From: Cystobasidiomycetes sp. EMM_F5
Taxonomy: Eukaryota
Reading direction: 5' to 3'
Length of the DNA: 64,000 nt
Assembly (NCBI GenBank): GCA_051047955.1
Contig: JBPGPT010000015.1
Coordinates: 1 to 64,000 of the forward strand
Below the pieces are notes generated by a model. It made no database searches. It worked only from the letters and a program-made list of their open reading frames with translations, and was not told the DNA's origin. This document shows, piece by piece, positions 36,211 to 49,853 of the stretch (its first letter is position 1; the number at the start of each line of letters is the position of its first letter). Position numbers and translations under genes: made by a program.

Positions 36211-39200
36211 ATGAACATGATGAATGGCGAAACTGCCCAAATGTCGACCCCGACAGGCGATGTTCGGCGAAGGGCAAGATACACCACAAGAGCCTGCGGG
36301 ACTTGCCGCCGAAGGTGCGAATTGAAGACGAGCAGAATGGCAACGTACTCAGTACTAATGCGTACGATACTTTGGCACGTCATGCGGCACCTGCAGGAAG
36401 CTTAAATGCGACGGAGAGATGCCCTCATGTTGTAAGTTGTCCGACAGCAAAGTGTTGCAAGAAAGCTGATTGGGAATACACTACGTTCTTGGCGTTATCA
36501 CAATCAAGCTACGTGCAGGCAATACGGCGACGAATGCAACTACAAAGAAGGTATCGATGCGCGCAGACCTCTTGCGAAACAACACGTTGCGGCGTTACAA
36601 TCTAGGATTGCGGTACTGGAAGCACTTGTAGAGGAGCTACGCGGGAAGACCGCTGACACAAACCACTCCGCCGTCGAGAGTGTTGAGAAAAGCAGCACGG
36701 ATAATGCCGGTGCAGCGTTGTCGTCAGAATCCAATATCAATACAATGATTCATGATATAGGTCTGGACCGATTGAAGGTAGGAGTTTAAGACACACTACA
36801 GCCGATACACTGCATCTCTTACTTCATGAAATTCAGCTTGATCCCAGCAGCCAAGAGCTTGTGCAATATGGGCCTACTTCAGTGTTCCGACATGCTCCAG
36901 AACACGATAGTCGCGCGAGATCGTCGGCGTCACCTGAGTCATCAACGTCAATGCTCCACGACTCTGGTTACGCTTGGGCTCGTAATCTGCCTGGCGCCGC
37001 GCTAGCTGGATGGGATGATGCATTTCATGCCCGCGTTCTCGACCTGTTTTTTCGTCATCACAACGAGTTGGGCAATTTATCGCATACAATGCCCATACTG
37101 TCTCTCTGATACTTCTTCTTATGCAGTTTCTATAATTTCGTTGACGAAATCGCGTTCCGCTCGGACATGCAGCGATGTCTACAACAAGTCAATCCTAGTC
37201 AAGGGCAGCCACCTACCCGGACATCAAGCTACTCTGGCTTGCTGCATTGTGGAGTAATCATGCAAGCAGGCTGGCTGTCAAGCGATCCTCGATTGAGTGA
37301 AGATGTACTAGATCTAATATCAAAGCACGCAATAGGCCTCATCTGCGAGGAAGGAGAAAGGCCCATGTTATCGACAATGTCCGGCCTCCTCCTACTTGGC
37401 AACTACTTTACTTGCGCGGGAAGACCCAATCTCGGCTATCTCTGGGCTGGAATAGCCATTAGAATGAGCACAACTTTGGGCCTTGGATTAGACTGCTCAG
37501 GTTACGTCAAGAGCGGAGTCTTATCCAAGGAGGCGCATGCATCCAGAAATCGGACTCAGTGGTCTTGCTTCTTGATGGACAAACTTTGGGCAAGCTATGT
37601 TGGGCGATGTCCTACACTGACTCCTGGAGAAATAGAGGTGCCCACGGTGGATCCTGCGATAGATCTGCGACCTTGGAAAGCCCCAGGTATCACGACGAGG
37701 CCCGTGCCCGGCTGGGTATCTAGCTCAAACCACCATAAGATCAAGCTCACCCTGCTTCACGACCGAGTCATGCTTGCAGTCTACGATGTCCGTACCGACT
37801 TGTACGCACCAGGCACGCTTATGACTGTGACAGAGATAAAGTGAGCCAGGAATGCCGCTTTGGTCTGACAAGTGCAGCCTCGCTGACTTGACAATAGCCT
37901 TGCACTGGAGGAGTGGTTGTCCAGATTGCCCGACCAAATTCGCATCATGCCTCAGACGATGATACCTCCCCCACCGCACATCACAATCTTGAACATGTTT
38001 TATCACTTTGTTGTGATATTGCTGCATCGTCCTTACTATTTTGCTCAAAAGGCTCATGCAAGCGCTCCGGTCAACGAGACTGCTTTCAAGCGATGCAATA
38101 GTTCCGCCTCGAGGATAGTCTCGCTATTGGGGGTGAGCTGCAACTCTACGGATTATAGATGTGTGTACTGATCGTGTGTGCTGCCTCAGCTCTTTGGACG
38201 GTCGCCAGGGTATCATTTGTCTCCCATCATTCTGGTTCAATTCGCATTTGTTGCTGGATCTACACATCTCCTTGCTCTTGTGAATGCGGAGAACCACCGA
38301 GCTGCCAAGAAGGCTACCGAAGCCAGAAAGGCGGTCGCTTTGTGCAAATCTATTCTAAACGGGCTAGGTCAGAGTTGCAAAACTGGACTCTTATGTGCAG
38401 ACATTATTCTAAAGCTGGAGTCCGAATGGTGTCAGCCTGTCGAGGATTTCAGCGGGGCATTTAATAATGCTGAATCGCAGGTTGCATCAGCGGTCAAAAT
38501 TGAAGAGACATCGCCGGTCGCAGAAGATAGATTCGACTACTCCGCGTTCCTGCCCAAAGCATCTCCCTCTAACGATGTGAAGCTTGATGTCAGTGCGCAA
38601 AGCTTCGCCAAGCAGCACAGTTCTGGGACAGATGTGCCGGAACATGCACCTGCATTCGCTTCCGCATACTCGGCTCAGATAAGTGCTCTAAGAGCGTCTA
38701 CGCTGCCGACTCATGGCCCCACTCTCCCGACTGCTAATCCATGGCCATTCTTTGCGCCATGGGCTGCGCTTCCCGTTGGCACGGTTTCTCCTCCGGAACG
38801 TCAGCGACCTTTGGACAACCGCACTAGCGTAGGCTATACTGTACCCCTCGCCGAGTCTTCGACATTCCGACAAGTCCAGCAGCCGCTGCGAACATTTGTA
38901 CCCACATCGACATTTTCGTTGAGTTCCTTTGCTTTTGCTCCGAACACTGCACCGGCGGAGCCCCCTACACAGATACCGTTTGCGCAGTATCCGCAGGCAA
39001 AACAGCCCGATGCCACATTGACAGATTCAAGTGCGGTGTTAAGGAAGCCCAGTCCTGATGCAAACACGCAAGTCGATCCGCAGCGTTTGGAAGATTATGA
39101 CTGGACCGGATGGCTTTCGGACTATCGATATGTTCAGGCACCAGAGCAGCACCATGCTGGTCTCACCCCCACCGGAGGCGTCGATGATCTAATGACTTTC

Positions 39201-39287
39201 ACGAGCAGTTCCATGCTGCCGGCAATGCCAGCTCATGGCTGGCTGGACAATTCGTTCATCGATTTCATGCAGTCTCATAACCAGTAA
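36211..39287 (+). CDS. Zn(II)2Cys6 transcription factor with fungal-specific TF domain
   Basis: RARYTTRACGTCRRR|KLKCDG..CPHV..SCP, QYGPTSVF, YSGLLHCG, RNRTQWSCFLMDKLWASYVGR, PPPHITILNMFYH..LLHRPYY. Confidence 0.88.
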
Positions 39288-39497
39288 CACCAGTGCTTGC
39301 GAGGCCGCGCTTGTGTAGTGAATTTAGTTGAGAATAATGCGAGCGAGACGAGACATTACTGTAGCATAGATCATCTTGTAGGATTGACGGTGGATCGACT
39401 ATGCGCCAAGCCGGTATAGCGGAGCGGGAAAACCTGACGGCCGATATCAGATGTTTCTAAATTTCGATATGCTACACTTGACTGTACTACTGTCTAT

Positions 39498-41362
39498 TTA
39501 TACAATCAGCGAAACAGTTCGTCGGTATTGCTTTAAGCTCGACCTGACCGACGAAGTGTTTGAACCATCGTCATCGAAAAACTCCCACTTGAAGCAGTCG
39601 GTACAATTGGTGTCAATCTCTGGTTTGGGTACACGCGAAGTATGCGTTGGCGCAGGAGTATCGGGCGATCGAGTCGGGCTCGGCTCATCTGGCCTATCGT
39701 CTCCATCGCCTTCACCCGGTGTGGATGGCTCCTTTGGTCGTTTGCCAGACCAAGGCCACTTCCAGGTCCTCCATTTCTGCTTGTTCGAGTGGGACGTCTT
39801 CGCTGCATACGCACTGCTCCCCAACGCCGAATTACTGGACCCAATAATGCTCTTCTTGCCGGCGTCTTTATCCCAGTCCGGGATGAGCAATCGATCTATC
39901 AGGACACCGATGCGGTGTGTACGGATGTCGACGGACCAGCCAAGTTTGCCCACCGCGTCGTAGATGATGCTTTGACCAGTATGGCATCGAGACTCGAGTG
40001 CAAACCCTACGAGCGCACAAGGCGATAAGGCTCCTGTACACTAAGGACGATAAGCAATGGACAGATTAGCCTCCTGCTGCGACGCAAGGTAGGACATAGA
40101 TCACTCACTACGCCCTGCGGGATGGGGTCAGAGTTCGTGTAGACGTGTGTAACGCCAAACTCTGGACGTTTGTCTTCCCAATTCGAACCAGGCGGAAGAG
40201 GCAAGTGCAACCGCTTGGCTGCTAGCAACTCGGCCGGTGCCTCAAACGTTACACATGGTATACCGAAAGTGATTGCGAGGAGGGATGCCAAACTACCTCC
40301 AAGTGAGTGACCAGTCAGCCAGATATTGGAGGTAGGGTACATTGCGGTGATGTTGTTAAACATGTCGGTCGCCGTTGGGTAGTAGACGCTCTTGTCGATG
40401 AGCGACTGCTCCAAGCAGGTATTATTGCATCTGTTGGCGACTCCTGCAAAGCAATCGCAGACTGGACTCCAGGACCAATCCACCCTTGCGCAACAGCACG
40501 AAAACAGCAGGTTGTCGTTGAGCTTATCGTTTCGACCTGTCGGGCTGCCTATACCACCACTTGCGCCCGACGTGCCTTTGACGGCAATGATGATGTTTTC
40601 GTTGTTTGGACTGGACGAGAATATGTGGCCACGTATCCCGTCTTCCTGCCAGCCAAACGACGTGGACAGGTTGTAACGTACGCCACCAATGGTATTGTTG
40701 GACAGGTCGTACCACTCTAGAGGAGACTTTGGGGACAGGTATGCGTTGCTCGACATCTTTGCCAGAGTGGAAAGCGTTTCTACGTCGCTGACGTCTGGCA
40801 CCTCGGTTTCTACCTCGTCCCATGTTAATTGGCGTGCCAGCGACGCCAGTTGAGTGTTTGAAGGATGCAGACCGGTCCTCCTAGCTGCTTCATAGACGTC
40901 CGAACCGGCAGGGTGCGATGGTCGCCATATCTTTTGCCGCACGCTGCGTACGTGTAGGTCGGTCGTGTCGTAAACAGTCGGAGCAGACACCGAGTAGGTG
41001 CCCATCTCGCCATCTTCTACATCTCCATCTGCCGTCATTGGCAGTGCAGCCTGACTTCTACCGCTCTTCCTATAGTCGTAGTGGACATTCAGCCCTGGGT
41101 GGCGATGTGTTCCGAGGTGAACTGCATGAGATAGCGAGAAGGAGGACGACGAGAAGGAGGAGGATGGGAAGGAGCCAGGAGAACGATAGGAACTAGGACT
41201 CGCGGCGCTGTTGAAGGGAAACTGCTGCGCTGCGAATGCTATGGGTGCCGCTGACGAGGCTGCGAGGACTATCGTGGCTGCCACTGCCATTGGTGCGATC
41301 CGACGGCGTCTTCTCCTGCGCTCCCTATCAAGTCTCTGAGAGCTACATGTACATTCATCCAT
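39498..41362 (-). CDS. ATG15: Autophagy lipase Atg15
   Basis: N-terminal TM helix, [47 protein letters not shown] (GxSxG), TFEAPAE, DPIP. Confidence 0.93.
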
Positions 41363-41628
41363 GTTCGTCGTTCAATCGCAAGGCAGACGACCGTGCTTGC
41401 GACATCGTTAGTCTACTCCTGCACCTGCTGACAAAGCAATCGGCCAAATGACGGCTATGCGTGCGTACTCTGAAGCCCGTCCCGTTTTGGCAAGGCAGCG
41501 ACAGGAGCAACTCGGAGACAGGATTACAAGAACGAGGCTACTGAAAGTCTACGCTGAAAGCCTCCTGTGCAAAAATCCTCAGGAACCTGCCCTGTCCTCT
41601 TCGTCTGACGTGACGGGCAGCCCAAACC

Positions 41629-44600
41629 ATGTCGGGCTTCCTGTCGAAAAGCAAGCAGAAGCTAGAACATACCGCAAAGATATCACTCAGCGAATTCAAA
41701 CAGCTCTCGGCTGTCTTGAGTACCGAAAAGAACCTCCTGGCGAGCTATCTCCGTCTGTCCCAGGATACCGCAAAGAGTGCATTAGCACTGCGAGACTGGG
41801 CGAGGTCGCAAGATGGACTTCTCGTTTCTGGTAGCGGTGGTCACTCTGATGACCATGCGAGCGGCGCCGGAGTCGGATCGGATTCGGCACAGGGCGAGTT
41901 TACAGACACTATTGGTCGCGTGGCAGATATCCTAGCAGAGGATCTCGCTGCTTCCCAGCGACACCTCGCAGAGCACTACCTCAAAACGTATAGAGACAAC
42001 TTTAAGCTCATCCGCTCACAGGAAGAGAACTTTTCGGCGCTCAAGAAGGAAAGGGAGTCTGTACAGAGCAAGATTGATTCTCTGGAAAAGAAGCTGCGAA
42101 AGCTATCATCCGAGCACAAGGATCGTGCAAGTAACGAGCAGAAGCTCGAAGGCTTTAGGCAGGACAGGTTTAGGTTGGATCAAAAGGTCGTCGATACCGG
42201 AGCCGAACTCACCATTAATCGAAAGCGGATAGCCCGAGAAGCCGTATTGTGCAAGCTTGCCGCCCTCCGACAACTTGGAGAGCGTATGACAGTAGTGGAT
42301 GATCTTGGTAAACTCATCGTCGCTGAGCTGGCCCCTGATGAGGGCCATATCAGAAGTCCGATTGAAGGTTAGCGTATTACTTAACCTTCCAATTCAATGC
42401 TGATGTGCGACGCCTTGTCATTGCAGTTCATGACTTGACTCGAGAGTGGCGTGAGGAGGCGCGCAGATGTATTAAAGGCGTGGAAGGACCCATGTTTCCT
42501 TCATTTTCGAATACTGGCCACTTCAGCGGAGGAGCAAATATTATCCGCGGCGATAGTGTGCGCTATGACACTTCTGGCGCTTTGGACCACTCATATGAGT
42601 ACGATCAAGAAGCATCAAGACTGTCGCACGATGGCGCACTAGGCTCCTCCGCCGCACAGAACCCTCTACACCAGTCCCAGTCCCGCTCTTATCGCAGCCC
42701 TGATCTCAGCAGCCACCAAGAACATCTCTCTGCGCAGATGTATCCAACCAACGAGACATCCTCTCATGCATACTCGTCATACCCACCGCCAGGTGCTGCG
42801 CCAGCGAGCATAGCCTTACTGGGAACATCTGCACAGAATAATGCGCCGAGTGTCTCGTATGCTGGATCCTCCGTTGGCGTCGTTGGTGGAGCTTTGGAAG
42901 GAGGAAATCCTGGTTCTACTTACGAGACGGTCGCCAGCCAGGGTGAACCTGTCGAAGAAGAGAGAAGAGCCAGCAGGTCATACCAAAATGATCACTTGCT
43001 CCGTGCTCAAGACCACAGCGCTGCTATCGTTGAAAGCGAATACGCTGATGCCGTCAATTCGGATTGGAAGCATGTTCACAGTGGGTCACCGCACCAGCAG
43101 CAATATACCAGTACCGCCGCAGCTACGTCCACACCGTTGAACGCGTCTTCGACTCCGGCTGTAGCACTGGCTGAAGAAGGTTTACACCGGGGCTCGGAAA
43201 GTCAAAACGCACCGTTATCTGCTGGCATCGGTGGATTTGAACATCCGTCACATCTGCCCCTACCTGGAGCATCACACAATACTTATGAACCAAGTGCAGA
43301 AGACCTAGACGGTACAGGGCTGTACGGGCATAGTCCAAGACAACCCCAGCAGCCTTTTCATAGCTCCGTGACCACGCAAGTCCTCGGTGTTCACGGAGTC
43401 GAAAGACCATCCAACGGGGACTTCCAAGCATTGCCGACTAGTACCGACCCTTCTGACGTTCATGCGCCGCTGTCTGCGACCCAGCATGAGACACCTCCTG
43501 TTGGCAACGACTTCGTTGGAGGCTTTGCTGAGACAGTACCCGAATCCTCGGTTCTGTCAGCCTACAATATGTCACCTGTAGAGACTGCCTCCCCAGTCAC
43601 CGCATCGCCTGCAGGGCCTAGAACAATCATGGCGCAGCCTACATCTTCACTGACCACCGAACCAGAGCAGTATGAAGACCGCTTAATAGAGCCTGCTTTA
43701 AACAAGACGAGGCAAGCTTCAAATCCAAGTACTGTGTCTGTCATCAAAACATCAAAGCCATCTCCGACCACACGAAAGAGTTCCGATAGGCAGTCGGTTC
43801 CCCGCACTCGACAAACATCTGGCAGTCTACCCGTTACCGTACCCTCAGGTGCTCCCGGTGTTACGGCAATAAAAGGTGGCAAGTCTCCGCCGACCAAGCA
43901 AAACTCATATCGCGAACACCGTGCTAGCCTGTCAAAGGTTGAGGCAGACTATCACCGTTCGTCAATGGCATACCTCAATCAGCCAGTCGTGATAGCGCCG
44001 CCGATGCGAGCGCCTCCAGCTATCACTACTGGACTGCCGTTACCTTCGAGCTCTCCGTACTTTAATGCGTACGCTGGTCTCGGTGGCAACTCCGGCAACT
44101 CTTCTAGCAGCAAGCTGGTGAAGAAAGTAGAGTCGCCAAGGGAAGGCGGAGTGTTAGGAAGCAGGCATGGCTATGACTTGAAAGCTGGCCAGCCCGCTGA
44201 GGAGAAGCCTTTGCGATTGGAACCGTCACCCAACGCGGTTCCCAGCGCTGCTAAAGCGAAAGACTATTCTTATGCTATTCGCACCGATACCGGAGATAGT
44301 TTCGCTGCTTCTGCCGGTCATCCTAGCGGAGGGAAGAAACTCAATGCAGGCGCTTTCCGGCGCTCGTCTGGCCAACCAGGCGGAGGTTATGCCGCGGCCT
44401 ATCCGCCAGGAGCTCCTGGTTCCCGCCAGGACAGCGATGGTGCCATCTCGCCTGCAGCCCGTCTGCGAGATGAATGGAGGGCTGCCTCTCAGACAAGCTT
44501 GTCTGCGGCACCTGCCAGTACCTACGCTACACCTAGCGCTACTCCGGTCAATCTATCGGAAAGCCAGACCATGTCACTTCCGCAGTATACGCCCAACACG

Positions 44601-44864
44601 GTCGTGACTGGACCGGCTTTACCCCTCATGAATACAGACTATCACCGCCTGTCGACAGCGGACGCACCAACCGACGTCAATCCTGCTGAATCGGAGTCTA
44701 ACGGAGATCTAGCTGCACTTTCCCATGACAGCAGCGCTGTGCAACCTCTCAACGTTCGAAACAAGCGAACCTCAGCTGTGGAGATGCCTACCTCCGTGCA
44801 TACCTCGCCGCAAGCTGGAGTTTCAGGATTTGACGGCGGGAAATACGTCACAAATCTTGATTAG
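41629..44864 (+). CDS. Pil1/Lsp1-like (eisosome BAR domain) protein with long low-complexity C-terminal tail
   Basis: KQLSAVLSTEKNLL..ALRDWA..YRDNFKLIRSQEE resembles the Pil1 BAR helices; an intron at about 42368-42427 joins an 819-aa Ser/Pro-rich ORF. Confidence 0.75.
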
Positions 44865-45105
44865 GTCTCCACTTGGTTAGCCTTTGGCCGTCTTTACCGT
44901 GTTCGTTGGCCGAACATATCCGTGTAGCATCAATGCATACGTGAAGACTGGATTTCATCTGTAACAGTACATTCGTCTAAGCTTCTCCTGGGTAAACACA
45001 TGAGACTTGGTGCAGGCAAATTGTTCATTTGCTTTATGTTGGTTCCTTGTCATTCAACATACATTCGGCCTTTATAGCCTTGTCCTGATCCGACCGAAAC
45101 ATGCG

Positions 45106-46411
45106 ATGTCAGACTTTGCCATTCTAAATGTCGATGATCCTCCGGAGCTGTCTCAACCTGGAACCTGCATGGGCAAGGCGCTGGCTATTGACTTGCATAG
45201 TATCCGTCAACTCGTGAACTCTCGAGCAGCTGTCATACTTCAGGCTGCATCGACGAAATATGGTCTGCTGGCATTGAAGGTTGTCTTTGCGCCGAATGTA
45301 CGAGAGCCGCACGATGTACAGAGAGAAGCGCGGTTCATGGCACAGGTCAACCACACAAATGCAAGCAGACCTCCATTAGCCCAGCCAAACCAAATGTACT
45401 AACAGCGCTCAATCCGTACGACCATCAGATAGGCGAATTACTGAACGCGTACTTTACTAATGCGCATCATGTTCTGGTCCTCCGATATTACCCTGCCTCC
45501 TTGTCGACATTGCTCGACGACCCTGTCTTCGTACCGAGCAACATCATGATAGGATTTACCCGACGCGCTCAAAAGTACGTTCGCCAGATGTGTGCAGCTA
45601 TCGCATATATACATAGCTGCGGTGTCGCCCATCGAGACATTGCGACCTCAAATTGGATGATTGACCAACGCGACAATATAGTCCTCATTGATTTTGGCGT
45701 TGCTTGGACGGTTCAAGAGAACACAAGCGAAGGGGAAGAGAATCTCCAGTTCGAGCTGGGCACAGGGTACGTCTAAAACAGCCTGCCTAATGCCTTCAGT
45801 CGCGAATAACAATATCTACTGTCTAGCTCTTTCAGGGCGCCAGAATTGCTTTTCGGGGCGCGGTCGTACGATCCCTTTGCGATAGACCGGTGGAGTCTGG
45901 GCGTCAACATTGCGGAGTTCTTCACATATGTCGGTCCAGAAGTGAACGCGGCTTCCCCGCCTTCCTCGAATGACGAGTACGACGGCCATGCGTTTGCAAC
46001 CTTATCTTGGATGCGGCCTCCCAAGTCCATGAAGCGCCTTTCGTTATTTGATGGGGGATACAGCGATTTCACGCTGATTGGCAGTATCTTCAAGCTTCTT
46101 GGAACCCCTAGTCCGGATACGTGGCCCGTGCATGCAGAATGTCACTCCGCGTAGCCTGTACCTTGCTGATCGTCTGCTTCGCTGTACAGGAAGCTAGCAA
46201 TCTACCAGACTTTGGCAAATTCACATTTAAGACGTTTCCTGCCCGTGATCTTCGTGACAATCTGGTAAATCTGCCTCCTTGTGAAACAGGCGATGCAGAT
46301 ATCGGACCTGCATCTCTCATTTCCGCCTTCCTACGATACCCATTTAGTGCGCGCTTGGAAGCTTCGGAAGCGCTCAAGCACCCTTGGTTGCATCATGATC
46401 ATTCATTATAA
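45106..46411 (+). CDS. CMGC/CDK-like Ser/Thr protein kinase (CAK/Csk1- or CDK20-like)
   Basis: LALK, EPHDVQRE, HRDIATSN, DFGVAW, FRAPELLFGARSY, DRWSLG, IFKLLGTP; first intron has a GC donor at 45361. Confidence 0.85.
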
Positions 46412-46519
46412 GCGTAACACGCAAATTTGTGACGGTACAACCTTGCAGTATCATGCACTGTCTCTTGCGCTGTACTGGCAACGCGCTATGACACCACACT
46501 GGCTTCCGAGTCTGGACAA

Positions 46520-47421
46520 TCATACGTCATCCAGCTCGGGATAATGTCGCTGCGGATAAACAGTGCTCAGTCCCTGTTCAGTGTATGACGGCCTAGAGCA
46601 GAAGCTTACGAATACGCCATTAGAGTATTTGGCACGTCTTTCGCTTGCTAAGTACTCGGAGACTTGTGGAATCTCTTCGATGCGCTTCTTAAGGTCAAAG
46701 ACAGGTTTGTACCGCTCTTCGGCTTGTATGCGCTTCATACATTTCGGGAAAGCGAATTCGCAGCCATCTATCACCTGGAAAAGGCATAGATCTGCGCACG
46801 TCACTTTGTCGCCGACGAGATAGCCGCTACCGTTGTTTTCGATGACTTTTGCCCAATAGCTTAAGAATTTCGGGATGCGCTCCTCTCGTACACTTTTCGC
46901 TTTGCGCAGAGATTCGGGCTTCTGGTCATCGTAGTATGCACTGACGGAGACCGGATGGTGCTGTATGGCCGTCGATTCAACGAGTGCATTCCTTGTTCAG
47001 CGGCCCTCGACTTACGGTATCGTGTACCTCGTTGTTCAGGTCCAGAATTGACAAAACCAATTCGTTGCTGAGGAGAGGGCAACATTAGAGGCGAATGGCC
47101 GAGAATCTACCGAAATACGCACACATAGTACTTGTGCGTGGACTCAGATCCGCTCAGCCCGAGTGTATCGGAAATGTACAGGAGGATGTTTGGCGTCTGA
47201 GTGAGCAGCACGTCCTTGTGAAGAAGCATCGGAGGCGAGAAAGCATGCGGAGTCCCTTTCCCAGAAGCTAGCGGATCATGCATGTATTTGAGGAACGATT
47301 TGGGATTCAGGTCCTGTTTATACGGGTGTTTCGCGAACTCGAAGGCCAATCTGATGAATTCACCACGCCCAGGAATGCCTGGCCAGTACATCAAGGTGTA
47401 CTCGGATGGTGATGAGGACAT
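46520..47421 (-). CDS. Glutathione S-transferase
   Basis: YWPGIPGRGEFIRLAFE, FSPPML, LTQTPNILLY, TCADLCLFQVIDG..FAFP, HYPELD. Confidence 0.88.
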
Positions 47422-47689
47422 ATTGGAAATATGGAATCACGACTGATTGGATGGAGGGATAGGCTGATTCGCCCAGTGAGCAACCTGGCCAGGCTTGGCT
47501 TGATGTGGAACAGTTGAGCGTGCTCCCAATGATGTTTCATGACTACGCGGTAAAAATTTGACGCGAATGCATTCATGCGCTTGCTTGCGCGACATCTCAA
47601 TAGCTACAGGAGCGTACATATCAATAACGAAAGAATAGATGAATGCGAGGATCGCGTTGCCCAAAAGCACATCCAGATCACCGCCCGCG

Positions 47690-49136
47690 TCACTTGCCGA
47701 GCCTGCTCCGCTGTTCACCTTTGGCAGTCACAGCCAGCTTCTGCCGCTTAGCTGCCTCCTTCTCCTTTGCGCGCCTCTCTAGACGAGCCAATTCTTCACG
47801 ATCCTCCCGCTTGGCAAATGATTCTGCGCGCCTGTCCTCCTCCTCCATCTCGTTGTATCCTGCTTCCATATCGTTGTCTGACTTGTCAATATCGTCGCTG
47901 TCGTAGTCGGCGTACTGAGTGAAGGTCTTGTGCGGATTCAGAATCTTCCAAATCTCCTGACGCATGCCGCCTTCCCGGTCGCCTTTGCTTTTGTCCTTGC
48001 CTTTGTTGTCAGACTTGGACGCGCCTGGTCGTGGCGGAGGAGAGTATGAGGCGCCTCGATTGCCTTTCTGCTGATCCCGCGCCAGTTTGCTCGATTTCTT
48101 CTCTGACTTTGTGGTCGGGGGAGACTCTGAATGTCGCAATCTCTTGGCAGCAAAACGTTCAGACATGCCGGCGAAGCCTTCCTTGGCTGAAGCTACATTG
48201 CTTGCAGCTTGTCCGTTACTCGCTGTGGCGGCTGACCTTGCAAGCGGGGCTGATGCGATGTTTTGCCCTTTACGCAAGGAGAATATTCCAGAGCTGATTG
48301 CCGGAGCAACATCTCCATGCGCTTCACTTTCTCTCCTCCGCTTGTTGTCCATTTCGATCTCTTCGATAGTTCGCAGATCACGCTTGTTCGTATTCAACTT
48401 GATGGCAGCATTTGGGTCAAATTCTGCCCGCAGACGATCCTTGGCAGATAGAGACATTCCCGCGGCTGCCTTCTTGCGTAATGTCGCTGTTGTGGAAGAC
48501 ATACCGTTAGCGGCTTTGCCTTTGCCTTTCGCGACTCGTCGGCCGCTGGCGTCAGACCCGTAATCATCGTCATCGGAGAACAGGTCATCCATCTTCTTTC
48601 TCTTCTTACGATCTGGCCTGGCAGTGGGGATAGGGCGTGTAGCGGTCGAAGACACAGCAGCTTTGGCTACAGGGGCTCTAGCCAAACTCGTAGAAACTTC
48701 TGGCTGCTGTGAAAAGTTGACATATTCAGCATATTAGAACACATCAGAGCCAACATGCCGTACCAGAGCCAATGACCTACCTTGGCTTTCTCCAGCTTCT
48801 TTCGCTCCCTTTCCCGCTGCAAGCGTTCTTCCAAGTCCTTCTGTTCCTGTTCGCGTCGTTGACGGACAGCAGTCTCTCTCTTCTTACGCTCCGCCTCTTC
48901 TCGCTCAGCTTTCAGCACGCGCTGTGCCTCTGCTTTTCGAGCGACCTCCTGACCGGCCAATTTAGCCACTGCAACATTACGCTGTTGGTCAGTGTTGGCC
49001 TTGGCCTTGTTCATCAGCGATGCAAACTGGAGGTATAGTAGTATGAATACAGCGCGTGCAGTGGGACAGATGGCCTTGTCAGTCATACAGCGATTACTCG
49101 ACCAACCAGACCCAGACCAGGTCGACTCACGTCCAT
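47690..49136 (-). CDS. SPT2: Chromatin protein Spt2
   Basis: MD|FASLM N-terminus, NTNKRDLRTIEEI, C-terminal IWKI..DMEAGYNEMEEEDRRAESFAKREDREE. Confidence 0.85.
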
Positions 49137-49853
49137 CTCAGCATCAGCACTGACATCCGACTAAGCACCGCGCAAGATTACGACAAGTCGACGTCCAACA
49201 TGAGCATGTAGCAGCAGCGACAGGCAGACTTCACTCAGGGCATGCTCAGTAAAGAGGTACAATTGCCAACCCGAGACCCGGTTCAGGTTCAACATGATCG
49301 GCCGACTACCGCACCGGGAAGTGACTGTCTACACTTGCTATGGCTCATACATACTACAAGTGTTACACCTCAAGCAATGGCCAGACCACGTCTGATCCCT
49401 GGCGTAAACCCAAACAATATCGAAAGGAGATGGCGTCTCGCCACCCGCGACCCCTTTTTGGAACGCGTTACCTCATTTTGGGCAAAACTTGTCTATTCCT
49501 CTACTGACACAGTCACACAATACAAGCCACGTATCTAAATGTTGCTGAGATGCTCTTTGAGTCCAAGAGCGCTCCTACTGCGTGCCTGTTCCTTGACCTC
49601 TCACCTCCAACCAGGCCAAACTAAAGTACTGCCGGCTGAAGAAGCTGAACAACGCAATCTCTCATAGCAGCAAAGGACTGCTCCTCACATTCATTATTCA
49701 TATAACAATTGGGAACCAAGTCTTAGCAATCGTGAGCTGCCAATATTTCTCTACAGCTCGGCTATCAGGCTAACTGACTGCAGCTCAGCAAACGGTTGCC
49801 AATTGAATATCCGTCGACGCTGTCAGCATTCATCTCGTATCTATAAAAGGGCG

